A stretch of 64,000 nucleotides of DNA, from positions 64,001 to 128,000 of the forward strand of contig CBDATQ010000001.1 of assembly GCA_965199955.1 (NCBI GenBank), read 5' to 3'. Below the pieces are notes generated by a model. That model was given only the letters and a program-made list of their open reading frames with translations, did not search any database and was not told where the DNA came from. Shown here one piece after another: positions 19,243 through 28,932 of this stretch; position 1 is the first letter of the stretch; the number at the start of each line of letters is the position of its first letter. Source of the DNA: Spirochaetia bacterium. GTDB taxonomy: Bacteria > Spirochaetota > Spirochaetia > SZUA-6 > Bin103. Both the position numbers and the translations under genes were made by a program.

Positions 19243-21893
19243 AGCTCGAACGCCCTGCGGCGGAACCGCTGGCGCACCGACTCCGCGATCGTGTTCACCA
19301 CGAACGTCATCACGAACAGCGTCAGCGCCGCCAGGAACAGGATGCGGTAGTGCGTGCTGTCGACCACCGCCTCCGGCAGCTCGACGGCGATGTTCGCCGC
19401 CAGCGTGCGGAAGCCGTTGAACAGGTTCATCTCCAGGATCGGCGTGTTGCCGGCCGCCATCAGCACGATCATCGTCTCACCCACGGCGCGGCCCAGCCCG
19501 ATCATCACGGCCGAGAACAGCCCGCTCATGGCCGTCGGCACGATCACGCGCATCGCGGTCTGCCACGGGGTGGCGCCGGCGGCCAGGGACGCGGAACGCA
19601 GGTGCTCGGGCACGCTCTTCAGGGCGTCGTCGGCGATGGTGTAGATGATCGGGATGATCGCGAAGCCCATCACGAAGCCCACCACCAGCGAGTTGCGCTG
19701 CACGTAGGTGCCGAGCACGGGGCCGATGACCGGGAACGACCCGCGCGAGTCCACTCCCAGCGCCTGCAGGAGCCAGCCGCCGAGCAGGGCGGCGCCGCCC
19801 GCGACCGCCACCGCGCCGGCAACCTTGACGATCTCCAGCAGCGCCACCGTCCGCGCCGGCAGGCTCCGGTACAACGTCCGCAGCCTGGGAGCGAGCGAGC
19901 GCGACACGTACCACACCGTGGCCAGCCCGGTGAGCGGCAGCAGCATCATCGCCCAGCCGCCGGCGCCGGTGCCGATCTGCCCGTCCAGCCAGAGCTTGAT
20001 GTCGCCCGCGAACAGCGCCCGCTCGGCCACCGGCCCGGCCAGCCGCGACAGCAGCAGGCCGAGCGGCAGCGCCCCCATCAGCACGAAGGGGATGCGGAAT
20101 CGCGACAGGATGATCACCGTGCGGTCGGGCAGGAGCTGGAACAGGTAGCCGCCGGCCAGGCAGGTGAGCGGGATCATCAGGAACGCGACCAGGATCATCG
20201 GCACCGCCCGCTCGGCGATCGGCGCGAACACAAGGCCGGCCAGGAAGCCGAGCACGACGCTCGGCAGGCTGGCCATCATCTCGATGATCGGCTTGATACG
20301 CGCACGCAGCCTGTTGTGCAGGAACTCGCTGGTGTAGATGGCCGCCAGCAGCGCCAGCGGCACCCCGAACAGCATTGAGTAGATGGTCGCCTTGATCGTC
20401 CCGAAGACCAGCGGGACCAGCCCGTACTTGGCCTCGAACGTGTCGGTGCCGCTCGACGACTGCCAGACGTGCTCGGGATCACGGTTGCCCTCGTACCAGA
20501 CCTTGGCGAAGATCGATCGCACGGTGGCTTCCGGGTGCGGGCTGTCCAGCGCCAGCAGCGCGAATCCCCGGTCGGTCACGGCCGCGATCGCGTCGTCGCG
20601 GGGGCTCGCCGCGACGGCCGTGATCGGCACGCCGGCGAAGGGCCGCGCCTCGGCCAGGAACGCGTTGCTGGTCACGTAGAAGCTGCGCACGCTGCCGTCC
20701 ACGTAGCCCACGACGATCATGCGCTTGCGCGACGAGCTGCCGATGCTGGTGACGGCCGCCGGGCCGCGAGGGACAGCAGGGCCGTCGAACGTATGGGCGT
20801 TGACCAGCAGCAGCCCGTCGGCCGTCGCGGCGTCTTCGTCGCGCACCCGGAACCAGGTACGGACGCGCCCGCGGCTGTCGCCGATCAGCAGGGTGTCGCG
20901 GCCCAGCAGGAAACGGGCCACCGTGAGGCGCACGGCATCGTCGCGCAGCACGTCGCCGCGCTCGGCGACGACCGGCTCGCGCAGGTTGCGGGTGTCGAAG
21001 CGCACGAACGCCCCGTCCTGCCACAGCACGTAGACGGCATCCGCGTTGCCACTGACGAGCACGCGGGACATCGGGACGGCGCGCCCGAAATCGGGAATCG
21101 CGGCGCTGCCGCCGCGCACTGTCGCGGTGACGCGGCCGGTGAGGATGTTGCGCCGCCGCGTCACGGCGCTGATCCGCATCACGCCGTCGTCGGTCACCAT
21201 GGCGATCACCGGCCCGACCGAGCGCACCGTCTGGTCGATCAGCAGGACGCTGCCTGCGTGGCCGCTTGCCACCGGGTCCTGGATGTGCGCCTCCAGCCGC
21301 TGCAGGCGCAACTGGCCGATCGGCGTGCGCTGGATCGACGCGCCGTCGAGCACACCGACCTCGCCCTCGCCGAGCGCGTGCAGCCCGGCCGGCACGTCCT
21401 CGTTCTCGAAGAACGCGGTCTCGAACAGCACCTGGCCGAGCCGGAAGGTGCCGTCGGCGAAGCCGGCGGCCAGCCAGCCGCCGTCGTCCGAGTAGGTCAG
21501 GGAGGTGGGCTGCTCGTCGAACAGCGGCACCTCCCCGAGCAGCATGCCGCCGGGGACGCCCGCGTCGATCCGGAAGTGCCGCAGCGCCCGCCCGCCGTCG
21601 ACCAGCTCGGCGGCCGCCACGCGGAACTCGTCCACCAGGACGAAGCGGTCCACCGCGGCGGGGAAGGCCGCGGGCCCCTGGCCGGATCCCGACTGGGAGA
21701 CCGCCGGCTCCAGGCGTGTTCGGCCCACCAGCGGCACCACGACGGAAGCCAGGAACACGAACACCAGGAACACCGCGGCGATTACGCCGATCCCGCCGAT
21801 CGTGATGATCGACCTGGAGGCGACCTCCGCGACACGGACACCGGCGCGCGTCTTGTGCGCGCGTCGGTATCCCGTGAACGCCGGCTGGCTCAT
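19239..21893 (-). CDS. pstC: Phosphate ABC transporter permease PstC (long form with large soluble domain)
   Basis: WQSSSG...KYGLVPLVFGT, AAIYTSEF, LPSVVLG, GRAVGETMIVLMAAGN. Confidence 0.9.
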   Translation of the reverse strand: MSQPAFTGYRRAHKTRAGVRVAEVASRSIITIGGIGVIAAVFLVFVFLASVVVPLVGRTRLEPAVSQSGSGQGPAAFPAAVDRFVLVDEFRVAAAELVDGGRALRHFRIDAGVPGGMLLGEVPLFDEQPTSLTYSDDGGWLAAGFADGTFRLGQVLFETAFFENEDVPAGLHALGEGEVGVLDGASIQRTPIGQLRLQRLEAHIQDPVASGHAGSVLLIDQTVRSVGPVIAMVTDDGVMRISAVTRRRNILTGRVTATVRGGSAAIPDFGRAVPMSRVLVSGNADAVYVLWQDGAFVRFDTRNLREPVVAERGDVLRDDAVRLTVARFLLGRDTLLIGDSRGRVRTWFRVRDEDAATADGLLLVNAHTFDGPAVPRGPAAVTSIGSSSRKRMIVVGYVDGSVRSFYVTSNAFLAEARPFAGVPITAVAASPRDDAIAAVTDRGFALLALDSPHPEATVRSIFAKVWYEGNRDPEHVWQSSSGTDTFEAKYGLVPLVFGTIKATIYSMLFGVPLALLAAIYTSEFLHNRLRARIKPIIEMMASLPSVVLGFLAGLVFAPIAERAVPMILVAFLMIPLTCLAGGYLFQLLPDRTVIILSRFRIPFVLMGALPLGLLLSRLAGPVAERALFAGDIKLWLDGQIGTGAGGWAMMLLPLTGLATVWYVSRSLAPRLRTLYRSLPARTVALLEIVKVAGAVAVAGGAALLGGWLLQALGVDSRGSFPVIGPVLGTYVQRNSLVVGFVMGFAIIPIIYTIADDALKSVPEHLRSASLAAGATPWQTAMRVIVPTAMSGLFSAVMIGLGRAVGETMIVLMAAGNTPILEMNLFNGFRTLAANIAVELPEAVVDSTHYRILFLAALTLFVMTFVVNTIAESVRQRFRRRAFEL

Positions 21894-21921
21894 GTGCCGA
21901 ATGCGCCTCCGCCGGACTCGC

Positions 21922-22908
21922 TCAGATGCCCAGCGCTTCCATCGCCTCGGAGGCGATCCGGTTGGTGATCGGGTAATACCCGTCCTTGATCACGTCCTCC
22001 TGACCCTCGGTGGAGAACATGTACCGGACGAACTCGCGCCGCAATGGGTCGAGGTCGCTGCCGGGACGGTGGTTGACGTACACGTACAGGAACCGCGAGA
22101 GGGGATACTCGCCGGTGTACGCATACTCGGGGGTGGCCGGGATCGGGTCGGACCAGGCGTCATGGGCCACGGGCACCGCACACACGTCCGCGGTGAGATA
22201 GCCGATGCCGGAGTAGCCGATGCCGGGAGCGTCGCTGGCGACGCCCTGCACGACCGAGGAGCTGCCGGGCTGTTCCTTCACGGACGGCTTGTAGTCGCCG
22301 TTGCCCAGCACGCTCTTCTTGAAGTAGCCGTAGGTGCCGGACGCCGAGTTGCGGCCGTACAGGCTGATCGGCTGGTCCGCCCAGGCGCCGTCCGTCACGC
22401 CGGCATCGCCCCAGGTGCGGATGTCGCTCTCGTGACCGAGCAGGCGGTTGGTCGAGAAGATGGCGTCGACCTGCTGCAGGGTGAGTCCTGCCTCGCAGAT
22501 CGGGTTGTCCTTGTTGGCGTAGACGGCCAGCATGTCGATCGCGGCCGGCAGGCGGGTCGGCGGATAGCCGTACTTGCTCTCGAACTCGTCCACCTCGGCC
22601 GCCTTCATCTGGCGGCTCATCGGGCCGAACTGGGAGCTTCCGGCGATCAGCGCCGGCGGCGCCGTCGAGGACCCCTTGCCCTCGATCTCGATGCGGACGT
22701 TCGGGTACATCCCCAGGAAGCCTTCGGCCCACAGCGTCATGGTGTTGTTCATGGTGTCGGAGCCGACGCTCTTGACGCTGCCGGACACGCCCTGCACCGG
22801 CTCGTACATGGTGAGGGCCGGGTCGACCGACATCTGCGCCAGGACGGTCATCGACGTGAGCGCCATGGCCGCCGCCAGGGCTGCCGCTGTGATTCGGGTG
22901 GTTCGCAT
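21922..22908 (-). CDS. pstS: Phosphate ABC transporter substrate-binding protein
   Basis: Signal peptide; SVGSDT, GKGSST, GPMSR, GRNSASGTYGYF, YPLSRFLYVY. Confidence 0.93.
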   Translation of the reverse strand: MRTTRITAAALAAAMALTSMTVLAQMSVDPALTMYEPVQGVSGSVKSVGSDTMNNTMTLWAEGFLGMYPNVRIEIEGKGSSTAPPALIAGSSQFGPMSRQMKAAEVDEFESKYGYPPTRLPAAIDMLAVYANKDNPICEAGLTLQQVDAIFSTNRLLGHESDIRTWGDAGVTDGAWADQPISLYGRNSASGTYGYFKKSVLGNGDYKPSVKEQPGSSSVVQGVASDAPGIGYSGIGYLTADVCAVPVAHDAWSDPIPATPEYAYTGEYPLSRFLYVYVNHRPGSDLDPLRREFVRYMFSTEGQEDVIKDGYYPITNRIASEAMEALGI

Positions 22909-22954
22909 GCTTCTCCTCGTGATGATCAGATTCGAGGGTACGGTCCCGGACGAT

Positions 22955-22993
22955 TGCTAGGGCACCGCTAGCGCTCTGGTATTTCTGTGCTAG
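22955..22993 (-). promoter_or_regulatory. Four direct repeats at 11-bp period upstream of pstS (putative Pho-box-like operator)
   Basis: Minus strand CTAGCA-cagaa-ATACCA-gagcg-CTAGCG-gtgcc-CTAGCA; units occupy plus-strand positions starting 22988, 22977, 22966, 22955. Confidence 0.55.
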
Positions 22994-23012
22994 GGGGCGT
23001 AGCGTGCAGGGC

Positions 23013-23828
23013 GTGCCGGAGCTGCCGGAGGTTGAGACGATCGCGCGGGGGGTGCGGCCGGTGCTGGTGGGGCAGCGCATCGAACGCGTGGTGGTACGCG
23101 AGCCGCGGTTGCGGTGGCGGGTGGCGGACGACCTGCCGCCGCGGCTGGCCGGGCGCACGGTGCGCGACGTGCGGCGGCGGGCCAAGTACTTGGTGGTCGA
23201 CGCCGGACCCGAGAGCCTGATCGCCCACCTGGGCATGTCGGGGCGGCTGCTGGTGGTGGAAGCCGATGCGCCGCCGGCAAAGCACGACCACGCGGACGTG
23301 GTGCTGGGTTCGGGGCTGGCCGTGCGGCTGCGCGATCCGCGCCGGTTCGGGTCGCTGCACGTGGCCTGTACGCCAGGCCGGCACCCGCTGCTGGCGGGCC
23401 TGGGGCCCGAGCCGCTCGACGGCGGCTTCGACGGCGAATACCTGTACGCGGTGAGCCGCCGGCGCACGGCGGCGATCAAGGACCTGCTGCTGAACAGCCG
23501 CATCGTCGCCGGCATCGGCAACATCTATGCCAGCGAGGCGCTGTTCGCCGCGCGCGTGCATCCGCGCACGCCGGCCGGCCGGCTGGGCCGCGTCCGCCTG
23601 GAGCGGATCGCCGGCGCCGTGCGCGCGATCCTGGAGCGGGCGATCGCCACCGGCGGCACCACGCTGCGCGACTACCGCACGCCTGGCGGCGATCCGGGCC
23701 TGTTCGCGATCGAGCTGTCCGCCTACGGCCGCGCCGGTCTGCCCTGTCCGCGCTGCGGTGCGGCCATCCGCGCGTTGCGCTCCGGCGGCCGATCCACCTT
23801 CTATTGCCCGCGCTGCCAGCGCCGCTGA
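23013..23828 (+). CDS. mutM: Formamidopyrimidine-DNA glycosylase
   Basis: PELPEVE N-terminus, RRAKYL, HLGMSG, DPRRFG, GIGNIYASE, zinc finger CPRC...CPRCQ. Confidence 0.95.
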   Translation: MPELPEVETIARGVRPVLVGQRIERVVVREPRLRWRVADDLPPRLAGRTVRDVRRRAKYLVVDAGPESLIAHLGMSGRLLVVEADAPPAKHDHADVVLGSGLAVRLRDPRRFGSLHVACTPGRHPLLAGLGPEPLDGGFDGEYLYAVSRRRTAAIKDLLLNSRIVAGIGNIYASEALFAARVHPRTPAGRLGRVRLERIAGAVRAILERAIATGGTTLRDYRTPGGDPGLFAIELSAYGRAGLPCPRCGAAIRALRSGGRSTFYCPRCQRR

Positions 23829-23839
23829 TACTGCCCGGC

Positions 23840-24052
23840 ATGCGTATCGAGCAGGCCGTGGTAGTCCCGGCTCGCGGCGGCCACTACAACGAGGATCTCC
23901 AGGCGATCCGCGCGGGCGCCCACCGCGACGGTTACCTCTACCCGGGAACGCCGCAGGCGCCCGGCTTCGACGCGATCCGCCAGCCGAGCGAGGCGTTCTC
24001 CCTGATCCTGCGCCTGGAGGGCGGCGCCACCGTCGCCGGGGAGGGATCATGA
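23840..24052 (+). pseudogene. 5' fragment of methylaspartate ammonia-lyase
   Basis: MRIEQAVVVPARGGHYNEDLQAIRAGAHRDGYLYPGTPQAPGFDAIRQPSEAFSLILRLEGG resembles the MAL N-terminus (D..AI..GA..DG..Y.G.P...GF..RQ..E); stops after 70 aa. Confidence 0.7.
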
Positions 24053-24077
24053 TGCACCGGCGGGCGGAATCGAACCG

Positions 24078-24956
24078 ATGGCTGTGGTGACCGTATCCGA
24101 GGCCAGGCAACTGCTACCGGCGGTCAACGGCGACGGGCTGCCCGTCGTGTCGATGAGCGAGGAACAGAAGTACCTGTTCGACCTGAAGGGCTGGATCGCC
24201 CTCCCCGGCCTGCTGGACGAGGCCGAGCTCGAGTCGATCCGCGAGCACCAGATGCGCTTCCTGAACCACCCGGAGGAGCTGCCGCCGGCCGAGCGCGACA
24301 ACCACGGGGGCCCGTCTCAGGTGCTGCTGGACGCGCCGGCGGTGGTCGGCGTCCTCAACGAGATCGTCTCCCACCAGCCGCTGGCGGCAGAGGACTGCTA
24401 CGGGTTCCGTTTCGATCACACCTACACCAGCCACCGGCAGGCCGGCCACGACAACTTCGCCCCGCACGGCGGCGGCGGGCTGTTCAACTTCTCGGGAAAC
24501 TCCCACCTCTACCAGATGCACCCGGGCCGCATCCACGCCGGCCTGGTGCGGGTGGTATGGGAGCTGAACGAGGTCGTCGCGGGCGAGGGCGGCACGCTGT
24601 TCCTGTCCGGCAGCCACAAGAGCGCGTTTCCGCGCCCGCAGGCGCTGTCCGGCCGCGACAGCGCGCTGTGGGAGACCTACTCCTGCCCGGCCGGCTCGGC
24701 GGTCATCTTCACCGAGGCGCTCTGCCACACCGGCACCCGATGGACCAACACCGCACGCGACCGGCTGAGCCTGTTCACCTGCTACAACACCGTGAACGCC
24801 AAGTGGGGCAAGGGCTGTCCGCCGCCGGAGGTGATCGCCGCCATGCCGCCGCTGCGCCGCACCCTGTTCCGCGGCGTCTGGCACGGCATGCGCGAGGTCC
24901 CCGGCATCAACAAGTACCATGACGAAGCCAACACCGGCCGCTTCGCCGCCGGATAG
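24078..24956 (+). CDS. Phytanoyl-CoA dioxygenase (PhyH)-family Fe(II)/2OG oxygenase
   Basis: QKYLFDLKGW, PHGG, GGTLFLSGSHKS, PAGSAVIFTEALCH, DRLSL. Confidence 0.8.
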   Translation: MAVVTVSEARQLLPAVNGDGLPVVSMSEEQKYLFDLKGWIALPGLLDEAELESIREHQMRFLNHPEELPPAERDNHGGPSQVLLDAPAVVGVLNEIVSHQPLAAEDCYGFRFDHTYTSHRQAGHDNFAPHGGGGLFNFSGNSHLYQMHPGRIHAGLVRVVWELNEVVAGEGGTLFLSGSHKSAFPRPQALSGRDSALWETYSCPAGSAVIFTEALCHTGTRWTNTARDRLSLFTCYNTVNAKWGKGCPPPEVIAAMPPLRRTLFRGVWHGMREVPGINKYHDEANTGRFAAG

Positions 24957-25058
24957 AATCAGCCTTGCTTACGAGGCATGGTACGCCTTTCTCGGCAGCG
25001 CCGGCAGCCGACAGCAACGTCAGAGCATCCAAGCGCCTCAGGGGCCCGGTGCCGGCGA

Positions 25059-25667
25059 TCACGGAAACAGTCCCCGGAATGTCAGGTCCACCTGTTCGGC
25101 CAGCGCTGCCCGTGCCAGCGCCGGGTCGCGGCCGCCCGGGCGGTCGAGGTCGATCAGGAGCCGGCTCATGGCCGCTCCGTAGAGCAGCGTCGCGGCCGTG
25201 TCGAGGTCCACGTCCGCGCGGATGTCGCCCGCACGCTGAAGCTCGTCGAGCAGGGCGACCAGGCGCGCCATGAACGCCTCGTCGATGCGCTTGAATCCCG
25301 CCAGCTCGGCGGGCGGCGCGGCGAAGGCGCTGATGAGGATCTCGCGCAGCACCGGCGGTTCGAACAGCTCGGCCGCCTCGACGAACGACGTCAGCAGCTC
25401 CACGCACTGCGCGGCACCGCCGGATGCGCGCCGCACCCGCTCGTCTGCTGCCGCGAGCGTCTCGCGCGCCACGTCCCACCACAGCGCGGCGATGAGCGCA
25501 TTCTTGGAACCGAAGTAGTTGTAGACCGATCCGGCCGCCACTTCCGCGGCGGCGGCGATACCCTCGATGGTCGTCGCCGCGAAGCCCTGCTCCTCGATCG
25601 CCCGGCGGGCAGCCGTCAGGATCTGCGCGCGGGTTCGCGCCTTCTTGCGCTCACGCAGCCCGGACAC
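25059..25667 (-). CDS. TetR/AcrR-family transcriptional regulator
   Basis: GLRERKKARTR...GFAATTIEGIAAAAEVAAGSVYNYFGSK HTH. Confidence 0.92.
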   Translation of the reverse strand: MSGLRERKKARTRAQILTAARRAIEEQGFAATTIEGIAAAAEVAAGSVYNYFGSKNALIAALWWDVARETLAAADERVRRASGGAAQCVELLTSFVEAAELFEPPVLREILISAFAAPPAELAGFKRIDEAFMARLVALLDELQRAGDIRADVDLDTAATLLYGAAMSRLLIDLDRPGGRDPALARAALAEQVDLTFRGLFP

Positions 25668-25696
25668 GACCGAAACCGTACCGCATCGGCCTCATG

Positions 25697-26863
25697 CTAC
25701 GAGGATCCGAATACGTAGCGAGCGAGCAGGGTCGCGGAGACTCCGCCCGGCTGCTCCCAGGCGAAGGTGTCCTCGCGTTCGCCGAGCATCACTGCCGTAT
25801 ACAAGCCGAGCGTCAGTCCCTGGTGGATGTTCCAGAAGGCGCCGGCGGCAGCGACCCCGGAGGCGTCGACCGGCGACAGAACGCCGCTCAGCGACAGGTT
25901 CCACGCGTCGGCCGGACGGTAGCTCAGTTCGGGAAACAGGTACACGCCGTAGTGGTCGAGCGCGGCCGCCGGCGCCGGCGTCGCGTCGTCCCACGCCCGC
26001 CAGGGACGCACGCCGGCTTCCAGCAGCACGGTGACGACGCCGGCCTCCGGGCCGAGGTCCAGGAACGCGAGCCCGCCGCCGGTCAGGAACAGTCGCTGAG
26101 CGGCGGCGCGGCTCAGGTCGACGCCCGCCGCGCCGGGCAGCGCCGTGCCGCCGCTCAGGTGCCAATCGACGCCGGCGAGCGCGCCCTTCAGGCTGAGATA
26201 GCCGCGGTGCTCGCGCTCGTGCGGCTCCGCGTCCGCCGTGCTCGCCGCGGCATACAGGTAGCCGCCCTCCACGGTCAGCTCCCCCAGCCGCACCACGGCA
26301 CGACCGCCGGCGTCGGTGCGGTCGATGGCGAGCGGTTCCAGCGGGGGCAGCGCGACCATCTCCAGGAAGGACAGGCCCAGCGGCACGTACGCCGCCACCA
26401 GCCAGTCGGTGGCGGTCAGGAACTCGCCGGCGCCGGCGGCGAAGGCCGGCGACTGTCCGAAGAGGATGTCGCCGGCGTTGAAGAACCGGCCCTGGCCCCA
26501 GGTCAGCCGCGTCTTTCCCGCCGTGAGGCGGAACCCCGGCAGCCGCGCCCGCAAAAAGGCGCGCTCCACCGCGACGCCGGCGACCGTGCCGCCGGACATC
26601 GCCGCACCGTCATCGCCGGCTTCCTGCCGCAGCTCGGCGCGCAGGCTGAGCTGGCCGCGGACGTTGCGGTTGCCGGTCGCCGCCAGGTCGAGCCGGGAAC
26701 TGCCGCCGGCGCCCAGCAGCACCCCGCCGTCCGGATCGGACAGCCCGGCGAGCAGTGCCTCGACGGTCACGGCGGTGCGCACGTCAGCGGCCGCCAGAGC
26801 CGCCGCCAGCAGACCCAGCAGGACCGCCGTCACCACCGTCCTCGCGCCGCGCCGCCGGCTCAA
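25697..26863 (-). CDS. Hypothetical exported protein, probable outer-membrane beta-barrel
   Basis: Signal peptide, AGKTRLTWGQG motif, amphipathic strands, C-terminal ARYVF. Confidence 0.65.
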   Translation of the reverse strand: MSRRRGARTVVTAVLLGLLAAALAAADVRTAVTVEALLAGLSDPDGGVLLGAGGSSRLDLAATGNRNVRGQLSLRAELRQEAGDDGAAMSGGTVAGVAVERAFLRARLPGFRLTAGKTRLTWGQGRFFNAGDILFGQSPAFAAGAGEFLTATDWLVAAYVPLGLSFLEMVALPPLEPLAIDRTDAGGRAVVRLGELTVEGGYLYAAASTADAEPHEREHRGYLSLKGALAGVDWHLSGGTALPGAAGVDLSRAAAQRLFLTGGGLAFLDLGPEAGVVTVLLEAGVRPWRAWDDATPAPAAALDHYGVYLFPELSYRPADAWNLSLSGVLSPVDASGVAAAGAFWNIHQGLTLGLYTAVMLGEREDTFAWEQPGGVSATLLARYVFGSS

Positions 26864-27615
26864 AAGGTCAGCTCCTCAAGGGAGAACCGGTCTTCGTCCA
26901 CCTCGATGTCCACCTCGATCGTGTCGATCAGGAACACCGTGCGCGAGTCCTTCTTCATCAGGTCCGACATCTCCATCCGCACCGGGATCAGCTTGTCCCC
27001 CACCTCGCGGTAGTCGGAGATGGCCATCTGCTTCAGCGGCCGGCCGCGCAGGGAGAACTGCTCGATGCGGCGGGTGACGAACAGCTCGGCGTCGATCCAC
27101 ACGACCTGAATCGGATACACCACGTCGCGCCGGGTCGCGGTGAGCCGCAGGCGATGGCAGTCGTGGCCGTCGATCGGCTCCGTGCCCTCGAGCTCCACCT
27201 CGTAGTCGTCGAGCAGGCTGCCCTCGCCGGTCATGTCCTCATACGAGAAGTCGGAGCCCAGGACATTGTCGCGCAGCGCCGCCGCCTGCAGGTGGATGAC
27301 CTCCTCCGCCTCCGGGAAGTAGAGATAGATCTCGTCGTCGAGGCGCAGGATCTTCTGTCCGGCCTCCTCCGGGTTGGTGAACTCCAGCAACAATCGGTCG
27401 TCGCCCACGGCCGTGGAGATGAAGGTCTTGGTACGGGTGCCGAACCGGTCGCTGATCTCGAGCGAGCCGGTGGAGTGCATGGAGGCATGGCGCTCGTTGC
27501 GCTCCATCTTCCGGATCACCTCCGCGCCGGTCAGGGCGCCGAGCGGAACCGCGCCGGTCATCAGCAACAGCGGCAGCAGCACACCGCCGCGGGCGCATCG
27601 CCGGGTCTTCATCAT
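26860..27615 (-). CDS. Outer-membrane lipoprotein-sorting (LolA-like) protein
   Basis: Signal peptide, GSDFSYEDM motif, C-terminal FS..EL. Confidence 0.85.
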   Translation of the reverse strand: MMKTRRCARGGVLLPLLLMTGAVPLGALTGAEVIRKMERNERHASMHSTGSLEISDRFGTRTKTFISTAVGDDRLLLEFTNPEEAGQKILRLDDEIYLYFPEAEEVIHLQAAALRDNVLGSDFSYEDMTGEGSLLDDYEVELEGTEPIDGHDCHRLRLTATRRDVVYPIQVVWIDAELFVTRRIEQFSLRGRPLKQMAISDYREVGDKLIPVRMEMSDLMKKDSRTVFLIDTIEVDIEVDEDRFSLEELTF

Positions 27616-27660
27616 CGTCCTCTCCTTGTGTCATCGAATCTGCTGGTGCCGGCGCGCCCG

Positions 27661-28932
27661 CTACTCATGGCGCAGACACTCCACAACGTCGAGCTTGAGC
27701 GCGCGGCGCGCGGGCACCAGCGCGATCGCCATGCTGGCCGCGATCCCGAAGATCACGGCCGCCACCATCGTCCCCGGGTTCCAGGCGCCGCGGAAGACAC
27801 CGGTCACCCGGTAGCCGATGTTCACGTCGCCGTAGAGGCCGCTCAGGTCGATGCCCCAGTTCACCAGCCACCAGGTGGCCACGGCGCCCACCGCCACCCC
27901 CGCCAGCGACCCCAGCAGACCGATCGCCCCCGCCTCCAGCACCATCGCGGCGCGAATCGCGCCGTCGTCCATGCCCAGCGCGCGCAGCGTGCCGAACTCG
28001 CGGATCCGTTCGTACACGGCGATCAGCATGGTGTTGGACACCCCCACCGCGGCGATCAGAAAGACCAGGAACAGCATGATGCTGTTGCCGGCGGTGTCCG
28101 ACTCCAGCAACGCCAGGTAGTCCCGCGCCAGCTCCGTCCAGCCCACCGCCACCACGCCCGGAAAGGCGGTTGCCAGATCCTCGTTCAGGCGCCGGATCTC
28201 GCGTTCCAGGGGCGCTCCGGCCGGCACCTGGAGCGTCCGTCCGAGCCGGGTGCGCAGCGCGCCGAGCGAGATCTCCGTGACCCCCTTCAGGTCGAGGTCG
28301 AGCTGGGCGACGTCGAGGGGCAGGAAGCCCACTCCCCGGTTGATGGTGGGGTTCGGGCTGCTCACGATACCCACCAGCTCCAGCTCCAGGATCTGCACCG
28401 CGCCGTGGCGGGTGCGGGTCCGCACCTCGACCAGGTCGCCGACCGCGATCTCCAGGTCGGCGGCCGTCCAGGCGCCCAGCAGCAGCCCCGGCACGCCGCG
28501 CTCGAGGTACGCGCCGCCGCTCAGCACGCTTGCCGGCAGCCGGAACACCTCGGGATCGAGCACCGGGTCGATGCCGATCAGGCGCACCGGCAGCGAGCCC
28601 TCGCCGAAGAACAGCTCGCCGGTGAAGCGGATCCGGGGGGCCGCGGCCACTCCCCGCTCGATGAGCGCGGCGAGCAGCGGGCGATACCCGACCATCTCGT
28701 GCTTCAGCTCCGGGCGCTCCAGGTCGGCGTGCTGCGCGCTCGAAACGACGCGGCCGGAGCCGGTCTCGTACCAGACCAGGTTGCGCTGCGACTCGGAGTC
28801 CATCCCGCGCAGCATCGAATCCATGAAGACGAACAGCGCGATCCCGGCAGCCAGCGCCGCGGCGGTGATGGCCGTGCGGCGGCGGTGCCGGCCGAGGTTG
28901 CGCAGCGCCAGCCGCACCAGTGTCGCGGTCAT
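27661..28932 (-). CDS. ABC transporter permease (LolC/E, FtsX-like)
   Basis: LALRNLGRHRRRT, ERIREFGTLRALG, PARRA; ATG 28932 overlaps upstream permease stop. Confidence 0.88.
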   Translation of the reverse strand: MTATLVRLALRNLGRHRRRTAITAAALAAGIALFVFMDSMLRGMDSESQRNLVWYETGSGRVVSSAQHADLERPELKHEMVGYRPLLAALIERGVAAAPRIRFTGELFFGEGSLPVRLIGIDPVLDPEVFRLPASVLSGGAYLERGVPGLLLGAWTAADLEIAVGDLVEVRTRTRHGAVQILELELVGIVSSPNPTINRGVGFLPLDVAQLDLDLKGVTEISLGALRTRLGRTLQVPAGAPLEREIRRLNEDLATAFPGVVAVGWTELARDYLALLESDTAGNSIMLFLVFLIAAVGVSNTMLIAVYERIREFGTLRALGMDDGAIRAAMVLEAGAIGLLGSLAGVAVGAVATWWLVNWGIDLSGLYGDVNIGYRVTGVFRGAWNPGTMVAAVIFGIAASMAIALVPARRALKLDVVECLRHE

